Positions 39,901-50,526 are shown, counted from the stretch's first letter. The stretch is 64,000 nt of DNA from an uncultured Alphaproteobacteria bacterium (GCA_963815535.1 CAWFGS010000006.1:11478-75477), one strand, 5' to 3'. Made by a program: numbers and translations. Notes: generated by a model not told the origin, from the sequence alone.

Positions 39901-41157
39901 GTCATGGTGTCCAGTCCGAACCGCACGTTCGGCGCAGCGAAGTGCGGGTTCTTTTTGCGTTCGACGGCGGAAGTGGAAAACCCCGATCAATCCTTTCCCA
40001 TCACGGCGGAGGATTTTGCGCGGGTGAACCCCAACACGGGAACCGCGCCGATTTTCCGCACCCGGCGCGACATGGCGCTGACCACTGCAATCTATGCCCG
40101 CGTTCCGGTGTTGGTGGACCGTTCCGGCGATGAGGAAGTGCGAAGCTGGCCGGTCAAATATGCTCGCATGTTCAATATGACGAACGACAGCCACTTGTTC
40201 CGTACCCGCGCGGAACTGGAAGAACAGGAAGGCGCATGGCCCGTCGGCGGCAATCGGTGGGACTCGCCATCGGGCGAATGGGTTCCGCTCTACGAAGGCA
40301 AGATGGTCCAGTCAATTCGATCATCGCGCTGCGAGCATTGTAGTAAATCCAGACGAATCTTACATGCGTGCCGGTCACAGCGGTGTCACGCGACATATGA
40401 AGATCAAACCAGATCCATTGTGGCTAGCTGAACCTCAATATTGGGTAACTAACAGATCGCGGCAAGCACGCATCCCGTAGCTATTCTCTGGCTTACAGAG
40501 ATATTGCAGGGCCAACCAGATTCCCGCACTTCATAGCGCTCACTAGTGCCGACGTCAGCGGCTCGGAAACTCAACTCCGCACATCATTAACTTTGGTCAG
40601 GACGTAGCGAGATGCATCTGCTGCTAGTTCTGGCCAACTTCAATGCTCTGCGTTTGATTTTGTCGCGCGTCAAAAGATCCAAGGCACGAACATCTAACTG
40701 GTACATAGTCGAACAACTCCCCGTCATTCCGCCCGCCGCCTACGCGCGCAAGTTCGGGACGCAGACCGCCGCCGAGATCGTGCGCGAGGCGGTGTTGGAA
40801 CTGACTTACACCGCGCATGACATGGCTCCCTTCGCGCGGGACATGGGCCATGTCGATGATGCGGGAGAGGTCCGCGCACCCTTCATCTGGGACGAGGAAC
40901 GCCGCCTGCATCTGCGCGCCAAGCTGGATGCGCTCTATTTCATTTTGTACGGCGTGTTCGACCCGGCTCTGGCCGATGGGGTCGAACCCTACGACAGCGC
41001 GGCGGCGCGCGACGATGTCCGCTATATCTACGGCACGTTCCCGATCGTGGAGCGGGAGGAGGTGAAACGCTGGGGCAGCTATCGCAGCCGCGATCTGTGC
41101 CTTGCCTATTGCAACACCCTGATCGCCGGACGCCCCGACGCGGTGGTGGAGGGGTAA
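36985..41157 (+). pseudogene. Fused Type IIG (Eco57I/MmeI-like) restriction-modification enzyme: N-terminal PD-ExK nuclease, gamma-class N6-adenine methyltransferase, C-terminal specificity region; at least 10 frame changes and in-frame stops as sequenced
   Basis: The first 866 aa are in one frame from ATG 36985. They include VDVPDGLLF...AAVLESKRWG (PD...ExK), SGSYYTP, VCDPAMGSGHFLV (motif I) and VVGNPPWDRIEL (motif IV). Conserved segments then hop frames: GGDPLNAD, WRQYRHAVDTLRMAR, KVNLYSLFVERAHALVRPGGMVGLLTPSGIA, VAVGGHIKALYDFENRKVFFPDV..., LYEGKMVQ|QFDHRAAS, AYRDIAGPT, DFVARQKIQGTN, WYIVEQLPVIPP...LELTYTAHDMAPFARDMG...WDEERRLHLRAKLDALYF. Confidence 0.8.
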
Positions 41158-41297
41158 CGCGCCTTCCCCCCACACCCCCACCCCCGCGCACGGAACAGCC
41201 CCCGCACAGGGGGTGAACATCACCCCAATAAACGCTGTCCTACACCGCCTGCCATCATTAGCTGGTGGCCCCCTGTTTCACATTCAGGGGACGTATC

Positions 41298-42109
41298 ATG
41301 GTGCAATTCGATCACGGGCAGTTTCGCGGGGCTGCCGCGCCTCTATCCGCTGCCGCCATCGCCCGCGCGGCGCAGGCTTTGCGATGCGATGAAGCCGCCG
41401 TGCGCGCAGTGATCGATGTGGAAAGCCGGGGCGGCTTCCTGCGCGATGGCCGGCCCAAAATATTGTTCGAACGGCATTATTTCCATCGCCTGACCGGCGG
41501 CGTGCATTCCGCCGCGCATCCCGATATCAGCGCGCGCCGCTGGGGCGGCTATGGCCCCGCGCGCGGCCAGTACGACCGGCTGGCGCGCGCGATCGCGCTG
41601 GACCGTGACGCCGCCTTGCGCTCCGCCAGCTGGGGCGCGTTCCAGATCATGGGCGACAATCACGCCGCCGCCGGGTTCGACGATGTGGAGGCGTTCGTCG
41701 CCGCGATGATGGCGGGGGAGGACGCGCATCTGGCTGCCTTCGTCGCTTTCGTTCGGGCGAACGGGCTGGACGATGCCTTGCGCCGCCATGATTGGGCAGG
41801 CTTCGCGCGCCGATATAACGGGCCGCTGTATCGCCGGAACCGCTACGACACGAAACTGGCGGCTGCTCATCGCAAGCATGCCAACCGCAAGCACTCCAAC
41901 GTGACGATGTCAGCGGGCGGCAAGTTCTGCGCGTGGGCGACCGGGGGCGGGCGGTGCGCGGATTGCAGGGCCTGCTCGGCATTGCGGCGGACGGTATTTT
42001 CGGCCCCGCCACCCACGCGGCGGTAGTGGAACTGCAACGCGCCTTCGCGCTCGTCACCGATGGCGTCGTCGGCCCCGCCACATGGGCGGCGCTGGACGCG
42101 AAAGACTAG
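41298..42109 (+). CDS. N-acetylmuramidase (DUF3380 family) with C-terminal peptidoglycan-binding domain; frame broken once near 41880-41905
   Basis: AVIDVESRGGF...PKILFERHYFHRLT...SWGAFQIMGDNH...FARRYNGP. A second frame then gives DDVSGRQVLRVGDRGRAVRGLQGLLGIAADGIFGPATHAAVVELQRAF...GPATWAALDAKD*. Confidence 0.8.
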
Positions 42110-42167
42110 ACAAGGGCGTCCGCACCTCCGCCATGTTCCCTTACGATCTTGGGTAGGGGACCATGCG

Positions 42168-43286
42168 ATGCCGGACGACATATCAGCCAAATCCAACAGC
42201 CCGGTTTCCGGCCCCCTGGCAGGCGTGCGGGTGTTGGAATTCGTCGGCATCGGCCCCGGCCCGCACGCCGCCATGCTGCTCGCCGATATGGGGGCGGAAG
42301 TGGTCCGCATCGAACGCGAAGGGGCGGGCGATGCGATGAACCCCGTCGTCGAACGCGCCCGCCACCGCATCGGCGTGGACATCCGCACCGACGAAGGGCG
42401 CGCATTGTGCCGCGCCGCCGCCCAAAACGCCGATGTCGTGATCGAAGGATACCGGCCCGGCGTGATGGAACGTGCGGGGCTGGGCCCGGATGTACTTTGT
42501 CAACTTAACCCCCGTTTGATCTATGCCCGGATGACCGGCTGGGGCCAGGACGGCCCGCTGGCAAAGGCCGCCGGGCACGACATCAATTACATCGCGGTCG
42601 CGGGCGCGCTGGACGGGATCGGCCAGCCGGGGCAGCCCGCCGTGCCGCCGCAGAACCTGGTCGGCGATTTCGGCGGCGGCTCGCTTTATTGCGCGCTGGG
42701 CGTGGTCAGCGCCCTGTTCGAACGCACGGTATCGGGGCGCGGACAAGTGGTGGATGCGGCGATCGTGGACGGCGTGACATCGCTGATGAGTTTCTTCAGC
42801 GGCATGGGCGCCGACGCGCGGCTGGTGGCCGAACGCGGGCGCAGCCTGCTGGGCGGAACCGCGCCCTATTACCGCTGCTACACCTGCGCGGACGGGGTGG
42901 ACATATCGCTGGGCGCGCTCGAACCGCAATTCTATGCCGAGTTCGTGGAACGGGTCGGCGGCGGGGCGGACTTGACCGATGGGCGCGACGATCCGCGCAA
43001 TTGGCCGCGTATCGCAGGGGCGCTGACGGCGCTGTTCGCGGGCAAACCGTCCGCCCATTGGGTCGATCTGCTGGAAGGGACCGATGCCTGCGTCGCGGCG
43101 GTGGTCCCCATCGCGGCCGCGCATGAACATCCGCATCTGCAGGCGCGCGGTTCCTATGTCGAACGCGGCGGCATTCGCCACACCGCGCCCGCCCCGCGCT
43201 TCAGCCGTACGCCCGGCACTATTCGCGACAGCGCGATGGACGGCGCGCAGGTGATCGCGCGCTGGGCCGAAGAACGACCGCGGTGA
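42168..43286 (+). CDS. CaiB/BaiF family III CoA-transferase (alpha-methylacyl-CoA racemase-like)
   Basis: GPLAGVRVLEFVGIGPGPHAAMLLADMGAEVVRIER...GYRPGVMERAGLGP. Intact. Confidence 0.85.
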   Translation: MPDDISAKSNSPVSGPLAGVRVLEFVGIGPGPHAAMLLADMGAEVVRIEREGAGDAMNPVVERARHRIGVDIRTDEGRALCRAAAQNADVVIEGYRPGVMERAGLGPDVLCQLNPRLIYARMTGWGQDGPLAKAAGHDINYIAVAGALDGIGQPGQPAVPPQNLVGDFGGGSLYCALGVVSALFERTVSGRGQVVDAAIVDGVTSLMSFFSGMGADARLVAERGRSLLGGTAPYYRCYTCADGVDISLGALEPQFYAEFVERVGGGADLTDGRDDPRNWPRIAGALTALFAGKPSAHWVDLLEGTDACVAAVVPIAAAHEHPHLQARGSYVERGGIRHTAPAPRFSRTPGTIRDSAMDGAQVIARWAEERPR

Positions 43287-43365
43287 AGGGCGATTGCTCC
43301 TGTTCGAGAGGCGGGGTAGGGTCGCGCCGACAATCATAAAAGCCCGCACGGGGCGAGGAGAGATC

Positions 43366-44811
43366 ATGCGCGATTACACCCAATTCTACATCGACGGTGC
43401 CTGGGTCGATCCGGTCACGCCCAACACGCTGGACGTGGAAAACCCCGCCACCGAAGAAACCGCCGGTGTTATTTCGCTGGGCAGCAAGGCGGACGTGGAC
43501 AAGGCGGTTCAGGCCGCACGCCGCGCCTTCGCCGGCTGGTCCGTCAGCAGCAAGGCCGACCGCATCGACCTTCTCAAGACCATGCAGGGCGAATATGAAA
43601 AGCGGCAGGGCGATCTTGCCGATGCGGTAACCGAAGAAATGGGCGCCCCGTCGCATTTGGCCACTGGCGCCCATGCCCGGCTGGGCGCGGCGCATCTCGC
43701 CATGACGATCCAGACGCTGGAGGCGTTCGCGTTCGACGAGCAGCGCGGCGACACGATCATTGCGAAGGAACCGATCGGCGTCTGCGGCCTGATTACGCCG
43801 TGGAACTGGCCGCTCAACCAGATCGCGGTGAAAGTCTATCCCGCCATCGCCACGGGTTGCACGATGATCCTGAAACCCAGCGAAATCGCGCCGTTTTCCG
43901 CGCAGATATTTGCCGAGATCCTGCACGCAGCGGGCGTCCCCGCCGGCGTGTTCAACATGATCCAGGGCGACGGTCCCGGCGTCGGCAGCGCGATTTCCGG
44001 ACACCCCGATATCGACATGGTCAGCTTCACCGGATCGACCAGAGCCGGGATCGAAGTGGCCAAGAACGCCGCGCCGACGGTCAAGCGCGTGGCGCAGGAA
44101 CTGGGCGGGAAAAGCCCGAACATCCTGCTGGACGACAGCGCGTTCGCCAAGAATGTGTCCAAGGGCGTCGCCAGCATGATGAACAATACGGGCCAGACCT
44201 GCACCGCGCCATCGCGCATGCTGGTCCCGGCAAAGCGTATGGACGAGGCCAAAACGGCCGCCAAGGAAGCGGCGGACAAGGTCGTCACCGGCGATCCGAC
44301 CGGCAACGCCACGATGGGACCGCTGGTCAGCCGCACGCAGTTCGACAAGGTGCAGGCGCTGATCGAAAAGGGTATCGAAGAAGGCGCAACGCTGGTTGCG
44401 GGCGGCCCCGGAAAGCCCGACGGTATCGACAAGGGCCACTTCGCGCGCCCGACCGTCTTCGCCGATGTCACCAACGACATGACCATTGCGAAGGAGGAAA
44501 TCTTCGGCCCGGTGCTGACCATCCTCGGTTATGACAGCGTGGATCAGGCGGTCGAGATCGCCAATGACACGCCGTACGGCCTGGCGGGGCAAGTCGCGGG
44601 CGAAGATCTGGACGCGGCGCGCAAGGTCGCGCGCCGGATCAAGGCGGGGCGCGTATCCATCAATGGCGGCATCGACATGACCGCACCGTTCGGCGGATAC
44701 AAGCAAAGCGGAAACGGCCGCGAATGGGGCGTGGAAGGCTTCGCGGAGTTTCTCGAGATCAAGGCCATGATGGGCTTCGGCGACGATAGCCAGGCGCAGG
44801 CTGCCGAGTAA
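43366..44811 (+). CDS. NAD(P)-dependent aldehyde dehydrogenase
   Basis: The RBS GAGGAGAG precedes ATG 43366. Motifs [22 protein letters not shown] and EEIFGPV are present. Intact. Confidence 0.9.
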   Translation: MRDYTQFYIDGAWVDPVTPNTLDVENPATEETAGVISLGSKADVDKAVQAARRAFAGWSVSSKADRIDLLKTMQGEYEKRQGDLADAVTEEMGAPSHLATGAHARLGAAHLAMTIQTLEAFAFDEQRGDTIIAKEPIGVCGLITPWNWPLNQIAVKVYPAIATGCTMILKPSEIAPFSAQIFAEILHAAGVPAGVFNMIQGDGPGVGSAISGHPDIDMVSFTGSTRAGIEVAKNAAPTVKRVAQELGGKSPNILLDDSAFAKNVSKGVASMMNNTGQTCTAPSRMLVPAKRMDEAKTAAKEAADKVVTGDPTGNATMGPLVSRTQFDKVQALIEKGIEEGATLVAGGPGKPDGIDKGHFARPTVFADVTNDMTIAKEEIFGPVLTILGYDSVDQAVEIANDTPYGLAGQVAGEDLDAARKVARRIKAGRVSINGGIDMTAPFGGYKQSGNGREWGVEGFAEFLEIKAMMGFGDDSQAQAAE

Positions 44812-44816
44812 GCCCG

Positions 44817-45263
44817 ATGGCGGGCAGGCATTTCGACGAATGGTCGGTCGGTGACCGGATGGCGCATGAGATTCGCCGCACGGTCACCGAAACCGATAAT
44901 CTGCTGTTCACGACGATGACTCACAATCCGCAACCGCTGCATCTGGATGCGGAAGCGGCGAAGGCGAGCGAATTCGGGCAGATTTTGGTCAACGGCACTT
45001 TCACTTTCGCCCTGATGGTGGGCCTAAGCGTGGGGGACACCACGCTTGGCACGCTCGTCGCCAATCTGGGTTACGACAAGCTGGTGATGCCAAAACCGGT
45101 ATTCATCGGCGACACGTTGCGTGCCACCAGCGAAGTGGCGGCGCTGCGGGAATCCCAATCGCGGCCCAATGCGGGCATCGTTACGTTCACTCATGAATTG
45201 CTGAACCAGCGCGACGAGGTGGTATGCCGATGTGTCCGGTCGGCGCTGCTGACCCGCAGCTGA
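44817..45263 (+). CDS. MaoC-like (R)-specific enoyl-CoA hydratase / dehydratase
   Basis: 148-aa hot-dog-fold pattern ([21 protein letters not shown]...). Intact. Confidence 0.8.
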   Translation: MAGRHFDEWSVGDRMAHEIRRTVTETDNLLFTTMTHNPQPLHLDAEAAKASEFGQILVNGTFTFALMVGLSVGDTTLGTLVANLGYDKLVMPKPVFIGDTLRATSEVAALRESQSRPNAGIVTFTHELLNQRDEVVCRCVRSALLTRS

Positions 45264-45330
45264 CTTTCGCGCGCATGGTCTTGACCTGATGGCCCGCAAG
45301 GTTCCACCATGCGGCCAACGGGGAGCGGAT

Positions 45331-47277
45331 ATGCGGAACATCGCGGCGGGGATTTCGAAGATAGCATTCGCGGCGACCGTGGCATCGTCGCTGGCGCTGG
45401 CCGGGTGCGAACGGATCGAACAGGCGGGCGAGGAAGCGCGCGGGTCGGGCGAGGGGGTCGTCGAACTCAGCGAATACCCCGAACGTCCGTTATGGGGCGA
45501 CACGCATCTCCACACCGACAATTCGATCGACGCGTTCGGGTTCGGCACCAGGCTTGGCCCGGAAGCGGCGCTGCAATTCGCCAGCGGCGTGGAAGTGACC
45601 GCCACCAGCGGGATGACGGCGAAGCTCGATCGTCCACTGGATTTTCTGGTCATCGCCGATCACAGCGACGGACTTGGCGCGACCCGGCGTATCTACGACG
45701 CGCCCCGCTTGCTGATCCGCGACCCCGTGCTGCGGAAATGGCACGACATGATGCATAAATCGCCCCAACAATCGACCTTGGCCGTGGCGGACATCATCAC
45801 TCGCGCCGCCGCCGGCAATCTGCCCGATGCCATGCGCGATCCCGAACGCAATCGTACCGCGACCACGGAAATCTGGCAAACGCACCTCGACACGCTGGAC
45901 CGTTACAATCGGCCCGGCACATTCACCGCGATGGCGGGGTTCGAATACACGCTGATGCCCGGCGGCAACAATCTGCACCGGGTGGTGGTGTTTCGCGACG
46001 GCAGCGACCTGACGAAGCAGGTGCTGCCTTTCCCCGGCGTGGGCGGCGGGCCGGTCGATACGCTGTTCGATTATATGGACCGGTACGAACGCACGACCGG
46101 CGGGCGGGTGCTGTCCATTCCGCACAATTCCAACCTGTCGAACGGCATGATGTTCGAAACCACCATGCCCGACGGTGCGCCTATGACGGCGGAATATGCC
46201 CGCCGCCGCGCCGCGCGCGAACCGCTGGTCGAAGTGACCCAGATCAAGGGCGATAGCGAAACCCACGCATTTCTCTCCCCGAACGATGAATTTGCAAGCT
46301 ATGGCGATGCGGGGTGGGAACTGGGCAATCTCGACATGTCCAAAAGCGCCACGCCCGACATGTATGCGGGCAGTTACGTGCGCGAGGCATTAAAACGCGG
46401 CCTGTCGATAGAGGAGCGCACAGGCGCCAACCCCTATGCCTTCGGCATGATCGGATCGACCGACAGCCACACCTCGCTCGCCACGGCAGACGAGGGTAAT
46501 TATTTCGGCAAGCATACCGGCGTCGAACCCAGCGCGACACGTGCCTTGAGCGCGCAGAACCTGGGCACACGCGGCGGGAGGATGGGCTGGCATTATCTCG
46601 CCAGCGGATACGCCGCCGTCTGGGCGCGGGCGAACACGCGTGCTGCAATATTCGATGCGATGCAGGCGCGCGAAGTCTATGCCACCACCGGCCCGCGTAT
46701 GACCGTGCGGCTGTTCGGCGGGTTCGATTTTACCGCCGACGATCTCGATGGCGATTGGGTGCGTGCTGGATACGGCCGGGGCGTGCCGATGGGCGGGGAA
46801 CTGGATGATACGGGCCGCGCCCCGCGTTTTATGGTCAGCGCATTGAAAGATCCCGAAGGGGCCAATCTCGACCGGGTGCAGATCGTCAAGGGTTGGGTGG
46901 ACGCGGACGGCGATACGCAAGAGCGCGTCTATGATGTGGTGTGGTCCGACATGGAGGATCGCCTGCGAGCGGGCGGCGTGGTTCCTGCCGTCGGCGACAG
47001 CGTCGATCGCGGCGCGGGTACGTATGAAAACTCCATCGGTGCGGCGGAATTGGCGACGGTATGGACCGATCCCGACTATCGTGCTGGGCAGCGCGCCTTT
47101 TATTACGTTCGTGTGCTGGAAATCCCCACGCCGCAGTGGTTTCTGTACGACGCCATCCGTTTCGGTTTCAAACTGCCCGCCGATGTGATGGACGCCGCCG
47201 TGGCGCAGGAACGCGCCTACAGCTCGCCGATCTGGGTGCGCCCCAAACCTCCCGCACCGGCCGCCGACCGGGGATGA
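45331..47277 (+). CDS. DUF3604 domain protein (putative metal-dependent hydrolase), lipoprotein signal
   Basis: MRNIAAGISKIAFAATVASSLALAGC then WGDTHLHTDNSIDAFGFG. Intact, about 648 aa. Confidence 0.8.
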   Translation: MRNIAAGISKIAFAATVASSLALAGCERIEQAGEEARGSGEGVVELSEYPERPLWGDTHLHTDNSIDAFGFGTRLGPEAALQFASGVEVTATSGMTAKLDRPLDFLVIADHSDGLGATRRIYDAPRLLIRDPVLRKWHDMMHKSPQQSTLAVADIITRAAAGNLPDAMRDPERNRTATTEIWQTHLDTLDRYNRPGTFTAMAGFEYTLMPGGNNLHRVVVFRDGSDLTKQVLPFPGVGGGPVDTLFDYMDRYERTTGGRVLSIPHNSNLSNGMMFETTMPDGAPMTAEYARRRAAREPLVEVTQIKGDSETHAFLSPNDEFASYGDAGWELGNLDMSKSATPDMYAGSYVREALKRGLSIEERTGANPYAFGMIGSTDSHTSLATADEGNYFGKHTGVEPSATRALSAQNLGTRGGRMGWHYLASGYAAVWARANTRAAIFDAMQAREVYATTGPRMTVRLFGGFDFTADDLDGDWVRAGYGRGVPMGGELDDTGRAPRFMVSALKDPEGANLDRVQIVKGWVDADGDTQERVYDVVWSDMEDRLRAGGVVPAVGDSVDRGAGTYENSIGAAELATVWTDPDYRAGQRAFYYVRVLEIPTPQWFLYDAIRFGFKLPADVMDAAVAQERAYSSPIWVRPKPPAPAADRG

Positions 47278-48083
47278 GAACGCCCGTCTGGCTAAGAGAG
47301 CCGCTGGTGCATTTTCTGATCGGCGGGGCGGTTCTGTTCGCTTTGTTCGCGTGGCGGGGGACCGATGCCGATCCTGCCGATCGCACGATCCGCGTCGACG
47401 GCACGCAGCAGGCGGAACTGGCGCTGCAATTCGAACGCACGTTGAAGCGCCCGCCGACGGATGCGGAACTGGACGTGCTGATCGCGCAGTTCATTCGCGA
47501 AGAGGTGCTGTATCGTGAAGCTCTGGCGCTCGGCCTGGACCGTGGGGATGCCGTGGTGCGGCGCCGGCTGGTCCAGAAAATGGACCAGATCGCCGCCGCC
47601 GAAGCGCAGATGGCGCAAGCGGACGATGCGGTGCTGCAGGACTGGCTGCGCGACCATCCCGAACGCTTCGCCGCAGATGCGACGGTAAGTTTCCGGCAAG
47701 TGTGGTTTGCGAAGCGCGGGGATGCCGAGGCGGCCAGGATGCGCCTGTCAGCCGGCGACGACGTGGCCGACATCGGAGAGCGGATCAGCCTGCCCGCCAC
47801 CACAACGAATATGCCCCGGCGAGAGGTAATCGAACGGTTCGGGCGTCAATTCGCGCGTGGTCTGGAAGATATGCCGCCGGGCGCGTCATGGGCTGGACCA
47901 TTGCCGTCGGGCTTCGGTTTTCATCTGGTCCAGGTGACCGATCGCCGGACGGGTACCGTGCCGCCGCTGGCCGATATTCGCGACCGGGTGGAGGACGACT
48001 GGCGCAATGCGACCATCGCCGCCCGACGCGACCGCGCATTCACCTTGCTGAAGGACGCCTATACGATCGACCTCGATCGGTGA
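47274..48083 (+). CDS. PpiC-type peptidyl-prolyl isomerase-like protein (membrane anchored)
   Basis: The ATG overlaps the upstream stop (ATGA). There is an N-terminal TM segment and GPLPSGFGFHLVQV is rotamase-like. Confidence 0.6.
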   Translation: MRTPVWLREPLVHFLIGGAVLFALFAWRGTDADPADRTIRVDGTQQAELALQFERTLKRPPTDAELDVLIAQFIREEVLYREALALGLDRGDAVVRRRLVQKMDQIAAAEAQMAQADDAVLQDWLRDHPERFAADATVSFRQVWFAKRGDAEAARMRLSAGDDVADIGERISLPATTTNMPRREVIERFGRQFARGLEDMPPGASWAGPLPSGFGFHLVQVTDRRTGTVPPLADIRDRVEDDWRNATIAARRDRAFTLLKDAYTIDLDR

Positions 48084-49066
48084 AAACGCTTGCTATCGCA
48101 TTTTTGCTGCTGTGGATTCCGGGCGCAGCATGGGCAGACGAGTTGCGGCCATCATCGGTGGACTTCGTACAGATCGGGCCGTCGCAGTGGACGCTGGGCT
48201 GGAAGCGAACCCTGCTCGCCAGCGATGCGCGCTCCGGTACACTACCTCGCCTGCCGCCTTCGTGCGCGCCGACGGCAGCGCCGCGTATGCGTATCTCGCC
48301 GGCGGCCACCATCGGTTTCGCCAAAATTGCTTGCGACGATCGCGTAGCGGGAAAGGGGATTGGCCTCCCCAACTTGCGCGCCAACGAAGATGCCATCGTG
48401 CGGATTGCGCCGCTGGATCGTCCCGTTCAGACCTATCGCCTGACGGCACGCGAACCATTGGCGATCATCGCCGCACGGCCCGATCGCTGGCAAGTCTGGC
48501 GCAGTTATTTCGCAATCGGCGTCGATCACATCGTCACCGGATGGGACCATCTGCTGTTCGTCATCGCGTTGGTGTTGCTGATGGTACGTGGTGGCGGCAG
48601 CGTGCATTTTGGCCGTGTCGTCGGCGCGGCGACGGCCTTTACCGTCGCGCATTCGGTGACGTTGGTGGCAACCACTTTGGGTTGGACGGGTCTGGCACAG
48701 CAACCGGTCGAGGCGCTGATTGCCCTATCCATCGTGGTGCTGGCCGTAGAGTTGGCGAAAGACCGCGAAAGCCTGACCGCGCGTCACCCGTGGGCAGTCG
48801 CGTTCGGGTTCGGTCTGCTCCACGGCTTCGGATTTGCAGGCGCATTGCGGGAAATCGGCCTGCCGGACGGAGAAGTGCCGGCCGCCCTGCTGTCGTTCAA
48901 TCTGGGCGTGGAGGCGGGGCAGGTCGCGATAATCGTGGCCGTGTTGCTCTTTCGCACGGGCATCATGCGGTTTGCGCCGCACCTGGAACGTACAGCCATT
49001 CGCCTGATCGGTTACGGCATCGGACTTATCGGCGCCTACTGGTTGGTCGACAGAGTGGTTGGCTGA
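48080..49066 (+). CDS. HupE/UreJ family metal (Ni/Co-type) transporter-like membrane protein
   Basis: The GTG start overlaps the upstream stop (GTGA). It has a signal peptide, GVDHIVTGWDHLLFVIALVL and multiple TM segments. Confidence 0.75.
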   Translation: MKTLAIAFLLLWIPGAAWADELRPSSVDFVQIGPSQWTLGWKRTLLASDARSGTLPRLPPSCAPTAAPRMRISPAATIGFAKIACDDRVAGKGIGLPNLRANEDAIVRIAPLDRPVQTYRLTAREPLAIIAARPDRWQVWRSYFAIGVDHIVTGWDHLLFVIALVLLMVRGGGSVHFGRVVGAATAFTVAHSVTLVATTLGWTGLAQQPVEALIALSIVVLAVELAKDRESLTARHPWAVAFGFGLLHGFGFAGALREIGLPDGEVPAALLSFNLGVEAGQVAIIVAVLLFRTGIMRFAPHLERTAIRLIGYGIGLIGAYWLVDRVVG

Positions 49067-50526
49067 CCATTCTCGTTCATCTGTGCGCCGCCGCCCAATG
49101 CCTGCCACAGCAACACGCGCGCGCGTCGGGCCCGGCCCAATGCCGCCGCAGCGCGTTCGCCCGATGCATCGGCGGTTCGGCGGGATTCCAGCACGGTGAG
49201 AAAATCCGTCAGCCCGGCGCGATAGCGTGTGTCGGCAATGCGCGCGGCGCGGTCCGCCAGATCGCGCTCCGCCACCGCCGACCCGGCTTCTGCATCGGCA
49301 GCGGCAATCAGGCCATAGGCGGCCTCCGCATCGCCCAGCGCGCCGAACACCGCCCGGCGATAGGATTGGAAGGCCAGTTGCTTGTCCGCCGCCGCCCCGT
49401 CGATATCCGCCTGCACGCGTCCGAAATCGATCAATGGTGCGGCCACCGATGCGATAAGCGAACCGACGATGGCGTCTTCATCGAACAGATCGGCCAGATT
49501 GAAAGACAGCAGCCCCAACGCCGCGCTGAGGTCGAAACTGGGGAAGCGACTGGCGGCGGCGGCGTAAAGCTCTTCGTCGCTCGCGCGTAATCGTGCGCCC
49601 GCCGCGATGATATCGGGCCGGTTGACGAGCAGATCGGACGGCGCGCTGGCGGGTGCAGGCGGCAAACTGGCCAGATCGTCATCGGCATCCCTCGCCAATG
49701 CCGCCCGAACCTGTGCGCCGGGCTGCGCGGTCAGCGTGACCAATTGCCCGATCAGGCGTGCGCGGTCGTTCTGTAGTGCGGCGATACGCACTGCGGATGC
49801 GCTCGCGGCGCTTTGCGCGCGTACTCGGTCGAACCCCGGCGACAGGCCGGCTTCTTCACGCGTGCGGGACAGTTGCACCAACCGTTCCGCCGCAGCCAGA
49901 TCTTCGCGCAAAGCCGCCTCTCGCGCGGTCAATGTCCGCCAGTCGATCACGGCGGCGGCGATGTCAGCGATCAGCGCCAGGCGCACGCCTGCGGCATCCG
50001 CTCCGCTTGCATCGATCCGCGCCAGCGCCGCGCGTTCGCTGGCGCGCAACCGCCCGAACAGATCGGGATCCCAGCTTGCGGTCAGATTGGCGCCATATTG
50101 CACGCGCTCCGTATCGAAGGCGATGCCGCCGGGAATGCCGTCCGGTGCGCCATCGACATCGTCGCCCAGACCGCGCCGAACTGGGCGGGGTTGGTGCGGG
50201 TTCCGGCAACGCTCGCATCCGCGCCGATGGCAGGCAGACGGTTCGCGCCCGCCCCGTCGGCACGCGCGCGGGCGACCTCGATCCGTGCGGCGGCTTCACC
50301 CAGGCTGGGCGATCCGGCCAATGCCTGCGCGGCATAGGGTGTCGAACGCGGCATCACGGGTCGGCAAGCAGGCTGGCAAGATCGGCGGCGGTTCCGGGGT
50401 TCGGCGTGTAAAGGAACGCCGCAGGCAGGGTGGGCGTCGGCGTCGCGATTTCGGGCGCCGGTCCGGCCACGCAGGCGGATAGGGCCAAGGCGAGACTGCC
50501 GCCATCAGAAAACCAGCGCGCATCAT
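49036..50526 (-). pseudogene. Outer-membrane efflux factor (NodT/TolC family lipoprotein); about 4 frame changes in the 5' third
   Basis: The intact C-terminal 355 aa (ORF 49036..50103) are TolC-like. The N-terminus is reconstructed as MMRAGFLMAAV | SLALALSACVAGP...LLADP | DAAFDT | YAAQALAGSPSLGEAAARIEVARA...NPAQFG | GLGDDVDG.... The 3' end overlaps the convergent HupE gene by 31 nt. Confidence 0.75.

Noticed and set aside
49036-49066. The 31-nt convergent overlap of the HupE and outer-membrane-factor 3' ends as a regulatory antisense feature.
   Set aside because: The OMF C-terminal tail after ...ALGGG may itself be extended by an undetected frame error. There is too little evidence to interpret the overlap.
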